Assembly: GCA_047638395.1 (NCBI GenBank) | Contig: JBLIMV010000017.1 | Coordinates: 33,431 to 97,430, forward strand | Direction of reading: 5' to 3' | Length of the DNA stretch: 64,000 bases | Origin: Paracoccaceae bacterium | Lineage (GTDB): Bacteria; Pseudomonadota; Alphaproteobacteria; MPNO01; UBA830 | Part shown: positions 21,604 through 30,696 of the stretch, piece by piece | Layout of the letters: each line of letters begins with the position of its first letter | How positions within the stretch are numbered: position 1 is the first letter of the stretch | Notes under the pieces: model-generated | Told to the model about the DNA's origin: nothing | What the model saw: only the letters and a program-made list of their open reading frames with translations | Database searches by the model: none | Position numbers and translations under genes: made by a program

Positions 21604-23190
21604 ATGCCAACGCACTGGTACGCAGACAGGCACTATTTGAGTATCCGGAAGACTGTTTTTGCGATCGCTCTGCTGGTCGCGGCAGGTTCTTTCTCTCAGC
21701 AAACACTGGCGTCAGAGACATCCGACAGATTGGTCGCCCGCGGCCTGATCCAGCTTAAAGCAGGTCAGTTCATCGCCGCCACGAAGTATTTCAATGGGGC
21801 CGTCCAGCTCGATTCGAAGGATCCGCGCGCGCTGTTTTATCTTGGCGTCGCGCTGAACCGGATCGGCCAGCATGGGGCCGCGCTGGAATCATTTCAGCGC
21901 ATGTGGGCGCTCAAAGTCACTAGTCGCCAACTCGGGCTTGAAGGCGGCTGGGCGGCGATTGCACAGGGCCGGACGGCACTGGCGATCACGCTGCTGGAAC
22001 CCTACGTGAAAGCAAACCCGAAAAACGCGAAGGCGCGCGAATTCCTAGGACGCGCCTATATCGGCGATGGCCGGCTGGATGATGCGGAGCGGGAACTAAA
22101 ACGCGCGATCGAGCTGGATGCAGCTCTAAAACCGACGGCGCTCTATTACCTTGGGAATATTGCCGCCCTGCGCAAAGACACAAAGGGCGTGGCAACGGCG
22201 CTGACTGGCATGCTGCAACAAAGCCCGGACAGCCGGACCAGCAATATCCTGCGCGATACGCTGCGTCGCGCAGCGACAGCGCCGCAACAGGAGCGGAAAT
22301 CCTGGTTCGCGGCACTCTCCTTGTCAGGTGGCGACAATTCCAATGTGATTGGCCTCGCGGACGAAGCCGTTCTTCCGGCCGACGTGTCCTCCCGATCTTC
22401 CAAATTTCTCCGCACCCAACTGGACATCGGCTATAATTTACGACTTAACGACATCAGTTCTCTGACAGGCGGCTACAGCTTTTCACACGAACGATACTCG
22501 GATATCGAAGGCTTCGATTCGATGTCCAACACGGTTTATCTCGACTACCGTCGCAAGTTAGCCGAGCGTGTCGAAGGCGGATTGCGCATATCCCGCAGCC
22601 TGTCGGCCACGGACGGCGAGACCAAAGTTCGGCGGACAACAATAACACCATCGGCGCTCTATCGCTGGAGCGAGACCGATGTGACCACACTGCGCTACAA
22701 CCTGTCATTCACGAGTTATGTTCCCGAGCCCGTTCGACCGGCGCTTAATCGCGACGTGAGAAATCATGTCTTTACCCTGTCGCACAGAACCATGGTGGAT
22801 GGCCCGATCCTGCCACTGGGGGTAAGCCTCGAGGTCGGACTGAGCCGGACCCTCAACAATGCGGAAGGTGCCGACTATGTGTATGACGGGCTTGGCGGCT
22901 TCATCTCGGCTTCCCGCAAATTTCCGCTCGAAATCCGCGGCGCGATCACCTTCAGCCACCAGCGCGACACCTATACCGAGCTGAACAGCCTGGCGGGCGC
23001 AGGCTTCGCCTTTAACCGCGAAGACCGGATCGACAGGCTGAACCTGTTTCTTGAAAGGCCGCTGACCGTGTTCGACGTCAAGAATGCGTCCGTCTTCCTG
23101 AACTGGCAGTACCTGAACAACAAATCGAATCTCAGCTTTTTCAATTACGAACAGACATCATTCAATTTCGGCATAAGCGCGCGGTTCTGA
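21604..23190 (+). CDS. outer-membrane protein: signal peptide + N-terminal TPR domain + C-terminal beta-barrel ending in ...FNFGISARF (Slam/DUF560-like architecture)
   Basis: A GGGGGG ribosome-binding site lies 7 nt before ATG 21604. The signal peptide is MPTHWYADRHYLSIRKTVFAIALLVAAGSFSQQTLA. TPR-like repeats span roughly residues 50-230. Alternating hydrophobic strands follow, ending in a C-terminal aromatic Phe, the classic OMP barrel signature. At about 529 aa the length matches Slam-type translocons. Confidence 0.5.
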   Translation: MPTHWYADRHYLSIRKTVFAIALLVAAGSFSQQTLASETSDRLVARGLIQLKAGQFIAATKYFNGAVQLDSKDPRALFYLGVALNRIGQHGAALESFQRMWALKVTSRQLGLEGGWAAIAQGRTALAITLLEPYVKANPKNAKAREFLGRAYIGDGRLDDAERELKRAIELDAALKPTALYYLGNIAALRKDTKGVATALTGMLQQSPDSRTSNILRDTLRRAATAPQQERKSWFAALSLSGGDNSNVIGLADEAVLPADVSSRSSKFLRTQLDIGYNLRLNDISSLTGGYSFSHERYSDIEGFDSMSNTVYLDYRRKLAERVEGGLRISRSLSATDGETKVRRTTITPSALYRWSETDVTTLRYNLSFTSYVPEPVRPALNRDVRNHVFTLSHRTMVDGPILPLGVSLEVGLSRTLNNAEGADYVYDGLGGFISASRKFPLEIRGAITFSHQRDTYTELNSLAGAGFAFNREDRIDRLNLFLERPLTVFDVKNASVFLNWQYLNNKSNLSFFNYEQTSFNFGISARF

Positions 23191-23221
23191 GCCGCTGCTG
23201 CCCACCGGAAGGAGAAACCAG

Positions 23222-25519
23222 ATGCGCAAGATTTTGTTCCTGTTCACGTTCTTCGCTGCCGCAGGCCTGTTTGGTCCGGCATCGGAAGAAGCCGCGGCGC
23301 AATGTACGCATCTTGGCGGTCAAGGCACCTGCCCGGTCGGTATTCCGAACGGATCGAGCAGCACCACTTTCAATGCGAATGGCACCATTAACTGGAGCAG
23401 TGGCGGTATTTCCGGTGCCTGCTGTGCTGCACCCAGCGGCATCGAGACCGGCGGGGGGTTGCTGAACCTGAATAATCAGCTCGGCGGCAGCGGACCGGGT
23501 ACCGGGAACCCTCCCGCCAACAATCCCAACGCAGATTCGCCCTTCAGAACCGACGGCGTGAACGTGGCAGGACCCGGCGAGATCCCCGTCATGGTGTATC
23601 CCGACGACTGCGGCGCAGGCGGCTGCACGCAAGGAGCAGCGGGTCAGATCTTCGGTGCCAATCCGAACAGCGGCTATCTCTGCGATTCAGGCGGACCGGG
23701 TTGCGGCAATGACCTGTGGACATCGGCACCCCAGCCCGGCTTCGGAAGCTGCGGCCCCGGCGGATGCGGCGGGGCGGCTCCGATCGCGCCGATAAATTTT
23801 GCGGAGATCCCTGGCACTGGGCCCTACAGCCAGAACAACACAACCGGCGAGGTCGATCCCTTCGGCGGGGGCTCGTCGTTTCAGGACCCGATCACGGGCG
23901 AAACGGAAAGCCTTTCGGATAATCCGGCCGAGTGGCCCAACCATGTCAGACACGCCGACGAGCTGAACACTGCTTATGCCAACGACGAGATTCATTACCC
24001 GTTCGACGACCCGGACTGGCGAAATAAATCGCTCGAAGAGCTCAAGGAAGATTTCAGGAACCTGCCGCCGCCGGGCCTGGACAACATATCAAGACCGTTG
24101 GAGCCTTATTCGACGGGCAATTCGGATGCAGCAGCGGCCGATAGCGGCGGTACGCCGTCGACCGGCAGCGCCCCGAAATTCTCAAACAAATCCGGCCGGT
24201 TCGGCATCGGCAACGACACCACGCTCGGCGGCGTGAACGGTCTGTCCGCGCGCTTTCAGGTCGCCAAGAATTTTGGCGTACAGGCAATTGTTAGTTTTAC
24301 CCGTGTCGATATCAACGATGAAAACCCGAACGCCGATCTGACCAACTATGTGAGCGCGTTCCTCGCGACCACCCAGCCGGGTACCCCGCCCGCGAACTTC
24401 GTATCCGTGCTGCCGGTGGTTACTCCGACGCCGAGTCCTGCGTCCAGGCCAGCAGACGAAGACACCACAGAAGCGCCCGAACCACGCTCGGAGAGCACGC
24501 CGCTGAGAACCCGCAGTTTTGATAGCCGTACCGGTTGGGATAACCGATCCTCGATCAGCCGCATCGAAACAGAAGGTCGGGAAACTGTTTATGAAGTTTA
24601 TTCCGAAGAAGCTGACCAGAATCGGTACGTCGAATTCAAAAGCCGGGAGGACGCGTTCGTTTTCTCTGACAGGCTGAATGACGCACCCGAAGGCAAGACC
24701 TTCGACCAGGTGCTGGGCGAACTTCCGGCAGAGCGCGCGCCGATTAATGTCGACCCTGTGAACACCAACCTGACCGATACACTCATCGAGAATGTGCCCG
24801 AGGGGTTTCAGGCACCCAAAGTGAATAATCTGAGGCTCGATGAGTTTCAGATAACGGATCCGCGGACCGGCCGTCGGATAGACGTCAAATCGGCGGAGCA
24901 GAGGGACGCAGTGCTCAACGCCATGAACAACGGCGCGACCCTGAAAGAGGCCGCGGAAATAGCGAAGAACGCTCCCGTGGTCACGCCGGACGGCCTCGCA
25001 TCGGCAACGACCAGCAGCACCCCAAGGTCAACACAGTCGACCCCTGCCCCGGCCGGCAGCGCGCCGACCTTTACCGACAACCGACCGGCAATCATCGTTG
25101 CACCGACGCGACCGGAAGGCACAAGTGTCGGCTCCATGAAAGGCGTGATACAGGGACAAGCATACGACATCGAAGTTATCAGGGCCGAAAACGGCAAGGT
25201 TTACGCGGTCGGCACCGGCGAAAACGCAAATCATGTTTTTGGCGAAGTAAAGGAAACCAGCAACAAACTGTTCGGCGACTGGCGGCGCGAAGGGCCGTGG
25301 ACCCCGCCGCCTTCGAAGACACAGACTGCGCCTGCGACGACGACTGCAACAGCGACCACCCCAACAGCGACATCGCAGCGCACACCGCCGCCACAGGCCG
25401 CCAATAACCGGGTCCGGTCGCAGATCGCAAATAGTGACCGCGATTATATGATGCAGCCGCAGTTCACGGACGGGTTTGAATCGGGCAACTTTCAGGCTTG
25501 GACAACGACCAACCCCTAG
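23222..25519 (+). CDS. large secreted low-complexity protein (Gly/Cys-rich N-terminal region, Pro/Thr-rich linkers); putative cargo of the upstream TPR-barrel protein
   Basis: A strong GGAAGGAG ribosome-binding site precedes the start. The signal peptide is MRKILFLFTFFAAAGLFGPASEEAAAQ and there is no canonical lipobox. About 14 Cys cluster in the first ~200 residues within G-rich sequence. PT-rich tracts occur (VVTPTPSPASRP, TAPATTTATATTPTAT). The gene begins 32 nt after the barrel gene stop. Confidence 0.6.
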   Translation: MRKILFLFTFFAAAGLFGPASEEAAAQCTHLGGQGTCPVGIPNGSSSTTFNANGTINWSSGGISGACCAAPSGIETGGGLLNLNNQLGGSGPGTGNPPANNPNADSPFRTDGVNVAGPGEIPVMVYPDDCGAGGCTQGAAGQIFGANPNSGYLCDSGGPGCGNDLWTSAPQPGFGSCGPGGCGGAAPIAPINFAEIPGTGPYSQNNTTGEVDPFGGGSSFQDPITGETESLSDNPAEWPNHVRHADELNTAYANDEIHYPFDDPDWRNKSLEELKEDFRNLPPPGLDNISRPLEPYSTGNSDAAAADSGGTPSTGSAPKFSNKSGRFGIGNDTTLGGVNGLSARFQVAKNFGVQAIVSFTRVDINDENPNADLTNYVSAFLATTQPGTPPANFVSVLPVVTPTPSPASRPADEDTTEAPEPRSESTPLRTRSFDSRTGWDNRSSISRIETEGRETVYEVYSEEADQNRYVEFKSREDAFVFSDRLNDAPEGKTFDQVLGELPAERAPINVDPVNTNLTDTLIENVPEGFQAPKVNNLRLDEFQITDPRTGRRIDVKSAEQRDAVLNAMNNGATLKEAAEIAKNAPVVTPDGLASATTSSTPRSTQSTPAPAGSAPTFTDNRPAIIVAPTRPEGTSVGSMKGVIQGQAYDIEVIRAENGKVYAVGTGENANHVFGEVKETSNKLFGDWRREGPWTPPPSKTQTAPATTTATATTPTATSQRTPPPQAANNRVRSQIANSDRDYMMQPQFTDGFESGNFQAWTTTNP

Positions 25520-25585
25520 GATTGCCCCTGGGGCACCTCTGACCGGCAAGCTGACGCAGGTATTTTCCTGTGGTAAAATGCGGTC

Positions 25586-27070
25586 ATGACAAATCCCGCC
25601 GAGACGCCCCCCACCGCCGCAACGAATGCCGGCTGCGCCCTGCAATATGACGATCTGCGCGACTGGCTTGCCGCGGTCGAGGCCAATGGCGACCTGAAAA
25701 CCGTCAAAGGCGCCAACTGGCATACCGATATCGGCCAGGTGGTCGAAGTGATGTGCCATGACGAAGGTACGCCGTCGGTCCTGTTCGATGACGTCGAGGA
25801 CTGCCCGCCGGGCTTTCGCATCCTGATCAACTGGTTCACCGGTACACGGAAGAACCTGACGCTGGGCTTCCCCGAAGACTTCAACAAGCTTGAACTGTCA
25901 CGCGGCTATAACGAGCACACCAAAAATCTCGAACCGATCCCGCACCAGGTCATCGATGACGGACCCGTGTTTGAAAACGTCCTCGAAGGGGAGGACATCG
26001 ACGTCACCAAGTTTCCCGCCCCGCTATGGAACCCGAAGGACGGCGGGCGGTATATCGGCACCGGGTGCTTCATCATCACCCGCGATCCGGATACGGGCTG
26101 GATCAATTGCGGCACCTACCGCGTTATGGTGCATGATGAAAAGCGTGTGGCGCTTTATATCTCGCCCGGCAAACACGGGCGCATCCACCGTGACAAGTAC
26201 ATGGCGAAGGGCGAGCCGATGCCAGTCTGCATCGTGGTCGGCACCGATCCGCTGTCATTCCTGACATCGTCCACCGAAGCCCCCGAGGGCATGTGCGAGC
26301 TGGATATGATGGGCGCTTATCGCGGCCACGCGGTCGAGTGCGTGAACGGTAAACATACCGGCCTGCCTTTCCCGGCGGCGTCCGAGGTCGTGATCGAAGG
26401 CTTTATCCATCCTGGCAATACCGCGCCCGAAGGCCCGTTCGGCGAATGGCTGGGCTATCAGGGCGGGCGGATGGAGGCGGAGCCCTGGGTCGATATATCT
26501 GCCATCTACCACCGCAACGATCCCATCCTGCTGGGGGCAGCGCATATCCGCCTGCCCTATGAATACGCCCGTTACCGGGCCATCAGCCGCTCGGCAATTT
26601 TGAAGGAAAACATCGCCCGGGCCGGCGTGCCGGACGTTACCGAGGTCTGGGCACATGAGGTCGGCGGCTCACGCCTGTTCCTGGCCGTTGCCATCAAACA
26701 GCGCTATCCAGGCCATGCGGTGCAGGCGGGCCATATCGCCGCCATGTGCCATGCCGGTGCCTATCTCGGCCGCTTCGTGATTGTCGTCGACGAAGACGTG
26801 GATGTGACGAATCTCGAAGAAGTCATCTGGGCGGCATGTACACGCTGCGACCCGGCGGACGATATCGGCTTTATCAAGAATGCCTGGTCGTCCGCGCTTG
26901 ACCCGGTGATCTCACCCGACGACCGCAAGGCCGGAAAACTTTATAACAGCCGCGCCATCATCAATGCCTGCCGACCGTTCCACTGGAAAGACGAATTCCA
27001 GGAGGTCAACCAGCCGTCCCCCAAAGCACGCCGAGAAGCCTGGGACCGCTGGGCGCATCTGAGAGAATAG
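25586..27070 (+). CDS. UbiD-family (prFMN-dependent) aromatic acid decarboxylase, second paralogue
   Basis: The 494-aa protein has a UbiD-like N-terminus LQYDDLRDWLAAVEANGDLKTV and conserved core blocks (GGRYIGTG, RDPDTGW...). Confidence 0.7.
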   Translation: MTNPAETPPTAATNAGCALQYDDLRDWLAAVEANGDLKTVKGANWHTDIGQVVEVMCHDEGTPSVLFDDVEDCPPGFRILINWFTGTRKNLTLGFPEDFNKLELSRGYNEHTKNLEPIPHQVIDDGPVFENVLEGEDIDVTKFPAPLWNPKDGGRYIGTGCFIITRDPDTGWINCGTYRVMVHDEKRVALYISPGKHGRIHRDKYMAKGEPMPVCIVVGTDPLSFLTSSTEAPEGMCELDMMGAYRGHAVECVNGKHTGLPFPAASEVVIEGFIHPGNTAPEGPFGEWLGYQGGRMEAEPWVDISAIYHRNDPILLGAAHIRLPYEYARYRAISRSAILKENIARAGVPDVTEVWAHEVGGSRLFLAVAIKQRYPGHAVQAGHIAAMCHAGAYLGRFVIVVDEDVDVTNLEEVIWAACTRCDPADDIGFIKNAWSSALDPVISPDDRKAGKLYNSRAIINACRPFHWKDEFQEVNQPSPKARREAWDRWAHLRE

Positions 27071-27074
27071 GATT

Positions 27075-28181
27075 TTGGAGCTCCCTGCCACGCGCAGCTT
27101 CGACCGCCACAAACTGAAACTGGGCCTGTTCGGACTGAACTGTTCCGGGGGTTTATCAGCGACACTGGCGCCTGAGCGCTGGGAAGGTACCTGGGCGCAG
27201 AATCTGGCCGCCGCGAAAATGGCGGACGCCGCCGGGCTCGACTTTCTGCTGCCGCTCGGCCGGTGGAAAGGCTATGGCGGCGAGACCGACCACAATGGCG
27301 GCAGTCTGGAAACCCTGACCTGGGCGGCGGGCATCCTGGCCGCGACAGAAAACATCATGGCGTTCGGCACGGTCCACGTGCCGCTGTTCAACCCGATCGT
27401 CGCGGCCAAACAGATGGTCACGGCTGACCAGATCGGCGCCGGGCGCTTTGGGCTCAACATCGTGTGCGGCTGGAACATCGATGAATTCAACATGGCAGGC
27501 GTCGAGATGAACGCCCACGAGGCCCGCTACGAACAGGGCCAGGAATGGGTCGACATCGTCACCCGGGCGTGGACGTCGGACGTGCCGTTCGACTATGCGG
27601 GCGATCACTATTCGGTCACCGGTGCACTGATGAAGCCGAAGCCCGCTTCAAAAGACCGGCCGATGATTGTCAGCGCCGGCAGTTCGGACCGGGGCCGCGC
27701 CTTCGCCGCCCGCAATTCAGACATGATGTTTACCGGCATCCGCACGGCGGTGGATGAAATCAGCGGCGACATCGCGTCGCTAAAGGCCGAGGCCCGCGGC
27801 TATGGCCGCGAGATCGGCATGTTCACCAACTGCTACATCGTCTGCCGCCCGACCCGCCGGGAAGCGGAGGAATACCACGACTACTACGCGCTGGAGATGG
27901 CGGATGAGGGCGCGGTCGAAACCCTTGTCGCGCGCCGGAACCGCCGCGGCAAGTTCGACGACCTGCCACAAGACATGCGGCGCAACCTTCGCCAGCGCGC
28001 CGCCGGCGGCAACGGCGCCTACCCGATCATCGGCGACCCCGACGATGTGGCCGGGCTGCTGATCCGCCTCCACGAAGCGGGCATAGATGCGTTCGCCATG
28101 GGCTTTGCGAACTACACCGAGCACCTGCCCTATTTTCGCGATGAGGTACTGCCGCGGCTGGAAGCAGCGGGCGTACGCTAA
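27075..28181 (+). CDS. LLM-class (luciferase-like) flavin-dependent oxidoreductase
   Basis: A TIM-barrel LLM pattern is present, with KLGLFGLN near the N-terminus and a central GRFGLNIVCGW region. The start is an alternative TTG and is uncertain. Confidence 0.65.
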   Translation: MELPATRSFDRHKLKLGLFGLNCSGGLSATLAPERWEGTWAQNLAAAKMADAAGLDFLLPLGRWKGYGGETDHNGGSLETLTWAAGILAATENIMAFGTVHVPLFNPIVAAKQMVTADQIGAGRFGLNIVCGWNIDEFNMAGVEMNAHEARYEQGQEWVDIVTRAWTSDVPFDYAGDHYSVTGALMKPKPASKDRPMIVSAGSSDRGRAFAARNSDMMFTGIRTAVDEISGDIASLKAEARGYGREIGMFTNCYIVCRPTRREAEEYHDYYALEMADEGAVETLVARRNRRGKFDDLPQDMRRNLRQRAAGGNGAYPIIGDPDDVAGLLIRLHEAGIDAFAMGFANYTEHLPYFRDEVLPRLEAAGVR

Positions 28182-30505
28182 GACGCTTTCGCGGCTTCAA
28201 TCGTCTGCCAGATCCGCTGCGGCGTTGCCGGCATATCTATATGAGCCACACCCAGCGGTTTCAGCGCATCCACCACGGCATTGATGGTCGCTGGCAGCGC
28301 ACCGGTGGGCCCGGATTCACCGCCACCCTTCGCGCCAATCAGGTTTGATTCCGTGATTGTCGGCGCACTGATGATATCCATGTTGCAGGTATCGTCGGCG
28401 CGCGGCAGGCAGTAGTCCATCAGCGAACCGGTGATCAGCTGGCCGTCGGCGTCATAGACAATGTCTTCCACCAGCGCCTGACCGATCCCCTGTACGATAC
28501 CGCCATGCATCTGGGCCTTGAGCAGCATCGGGTTCACCACGGTGCCGACATCGTCGACACAGACGAAATTTACGAGTGCCGTCTCCCCGGTCTCCGGGTC
28601 GATCTCCAGCTCGCAGACCTGAACGCCGGTCGGCCAGTTCCAGTATTGCGGCGCGAAAGTGCCAACCTCGTACAGGCCGGGTTCGATATCCGCAGGCAAT
28701 GCGCCGGGGCGGAACGCCGTCGCTGCGACGTCCAGCATTGTCACCAAACGATCCGTGCCGCCGACGGCAAAGTTACCATCGGCAAAATCAATATCGTCAA
28801 CCGCCGCTTCAAGCATATGGGCGGCGATCCGTTTTGCCTTCTCGATCGTCTTGTCGCAGGCGAGAGAGACCGCCGAGCCGCCGATCGACATGGAGCGCGA
28901 ATTGAACGTGCCCCGACCGTAAGAGACAAGATCGGTATCGCCCTGCACGTAGCGAATCGATGCTGGGTCGATACCCAGCCGGTCGCAGACAATCTGTTTG
29001 AACACGGTTTCATGCCCCTGCCCGTGGCTGATGGTTCCCATGATGAGGGTGACCGAGCCCGACGGATCGAAGCGGATGCTGCTCGATTCCGGGAAGGGCG
29101 ATGACGTTTTTTTCACGGTGTTCGAGAAACCGATTCCCCGCAGCATGCCGCGGGTGGCAGCTTCCGCGCGACGGTCTTCAAAACCTTTGTAGTCCGCGGC
29201 GTCCAACGCCTTTTCCATATTGCCGGGAAAATCACCGCAATCGTAAGTGAAGCCGAGCGCATTGGTCCACGGCATCTGATCCGGCGTCACACTGTTGATC
29301 CGGCGGATCTCCGCCGCATCCATACCAAGCTCGCGCGCCGCCATATCTACGAGCCGCTCTCCCAGATAGGCGGCCTCGGGAGCGCCGGCGCCGCGATACG
29401 GATTGGTCGGCACTGTGTTGGTGAACACGCCGGTGATTTCCACATACACCGCCGGCGTCCGGTAAACGCCTGCCAGTGTGCCGAGATTGTTGGTCGGCGG
29501 GCGCGGGCCGCGGATTGCCAAATACGCCCCCATATCGGCAAGCGTGCTGACCCTCAACCCCAGAAACCTGCCGTCCTTGTCGAGCGCAAGCGCGACGTCA
29601 CTGACATTGTCGCGCCCGTGACTGTCAGACATGAAACCTTCCGACCGGTCGCAGCGCCACTTTACCGGCCGCCCCGTCAGACGGGACGCCCAGAGCACCA
29701 GGACAAGCTCGTTATAGGTGCCGCCGCGCATCCCGAAACTGCCGCCGACATCACCCGGTACAACACGCACGCTGGTTTCCGGAATATCAAATACCTGGCG
29801 GGCAATCTGATAGCGCAGCGGGTGCGGGTTCTGAAGGCCCGTATACAGCGTGTACCGCTCGTACCGGCTGTCGTAATCGCCGATGCAGCCGCGCGGCTCG
29901 AGCGCCACCGCGGTGACCCGGTTATTGATCAGTTTCTGGCGAACGATGTGGTCTGCCTTATCGAACGCCGCATCGACCGCGTCTGCATCGCCCTTTTTCT
30001 CAAGAAAACAGACATTGTCCTCACAGTCGGGCCAGACTGCCGGTGCACCCGGTGCAACGGCACGTTCCACGCCCGAGACCGATTGCAGCGGTGCGTAGTC
30101 TACTTCGATAAGCTCGGCGGCATCGCGCGCCTGAAGTTCGGTTTCGGCAATCACAAAGGCGACACAGTCACCGACCAGGCGTGTGCGCTCATTGACGAGA
30201 GCAGGCCAGGTCGGGTGAAACATCGGCGATCCGTCAGACCGTTTCTTGGTCGCATCCTCACACGGAAGCCCACCGTAATTTTCCGCCGCCCAGTCCCCCC
30301 CGGTCAGAACACGCAATACACCCGGCGCGGTTTCCGCCGCCGCGATATCGATTGATTTAATATCCGCCATCGCGTGAGGAGAGCGCAGGACATAGCCCCA
30401 TGCCTGATCGCGCAGGTTAACGTCGTCCAGAAATTCACCACCACCGGTCAGAAGCCTCGGATCTTCTTCCCGCGGCACGGATTGTCCAACTGCGAACTCG
30501 CCCAT
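28178..30505 (-). CDS. xanthine dehydrogenase/aldehyde oxidase family molybdopterin-binding large subunit (CoxL-like)
   Basis: The N-terminus MGEFAVGQSVPREEDPRLLTGGG is the canonical start of CoxL/XdhA-type MoCo subunits. The start was placed at the internal ATG (MGEFAVG). No cognate FeS or FAD subunit gene lies adjacent. Confidence 0.8.
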   Translation of the reverse strand: MGEFAVGQSVPREEDPRLLTGGGEFLDDVNLRDQAWGYVLRSPHAMADIKSIDIAAAETAPGVLRVLTGGDWAAENYGGLPCEDATKKRSDGSPMFHPTWPALVNERTRLVGDCVAFVIAETELQARDAAELIEVDYAPLQSVSGVERAVAPGAPAVWPDCEDNVCFLEKKGDADAVDAAFDKADHIVRQKLINNRVTAVALEPRGCIGDYDSRYERYTLYTGLQNPHPLRYQIARQVFDIPETSVRVVPGDVGGSFGMRGGTYNELVLVLWASRLTGRPVKWRCDRSEGFMSDSHGRDNVSDVALALDKDGRFLGLRVSTLADMGAYLAIRGPRPPTNNLGTLAGVYRTPAVYVEITGVFTNTVPTNPYRGAGAPEAAYLGERLVDMAARELGMDAAEIRRINSVTPDQMPWTNALGFTYDCGDFPGNMEKALDAADYKGFEDRRAEAATRGMLRGIGFSNTVKKTSSPFPESSSIRFDPSGSVTLIMGTISHGQGHETVFKQIVCDRLGIDPASIRYVQGDTDLVSYGRGTFNSRSMSIGGSAVSLACDKTIEKAKRIAAHMLEAAVDDIDFADGNFAVGGTDRLVTMLDVAATAFRPGALPADIEPGLYEVGTFAPQYWNWPTGVQVCELEIDPETGETALVNFVCVDDVGTVVNPMLLKAQMHGGIVQGIGQALVEDIVYDADGQLITGSLMDYCLPRADDTCNMDIISAPTITESNLIGAKGGGESGPTGALPATINAVVDALKPLGVAHIDMPATPQRIWQTIEAAKAS

Positions 30506-30696
30506 CTCTACATACGCTCCCGGTTTTTGCTTTTGACGCGGCCAAACTGACCCGCACCGGTTATTTATAACGGATCGGCGCGCGTTGCGGCATAGCTGGA
30601 CGGGAATTTGCAGAAATGCGCGGGATGTTGCATTAGAATGAGTACCAGCGCTGCCCACGCGCGCATGTCTGATACCGGAACAAAGGGATAAAAATC

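Noticed and set aside
25531-25545. A short GCCCC-T-GGGGC palindrome after the secreted-protein gene, considered as a terminator.
   Set aside because: The stem is only 4-5 bp with a 1-3 nt loop and there is no U-tract. It is too weak to call.
25028-25759. A 243-aa minus-strand ORF spanning the end of the secreted-protein gene and the start of the UbiD gene.
   Set aside because: It is antisense to two well-supported plus-strand genes and crosses their intergenic spacer. Its Arg/Cys/Gly-rich composition is typical of spurious GC-rich frames.
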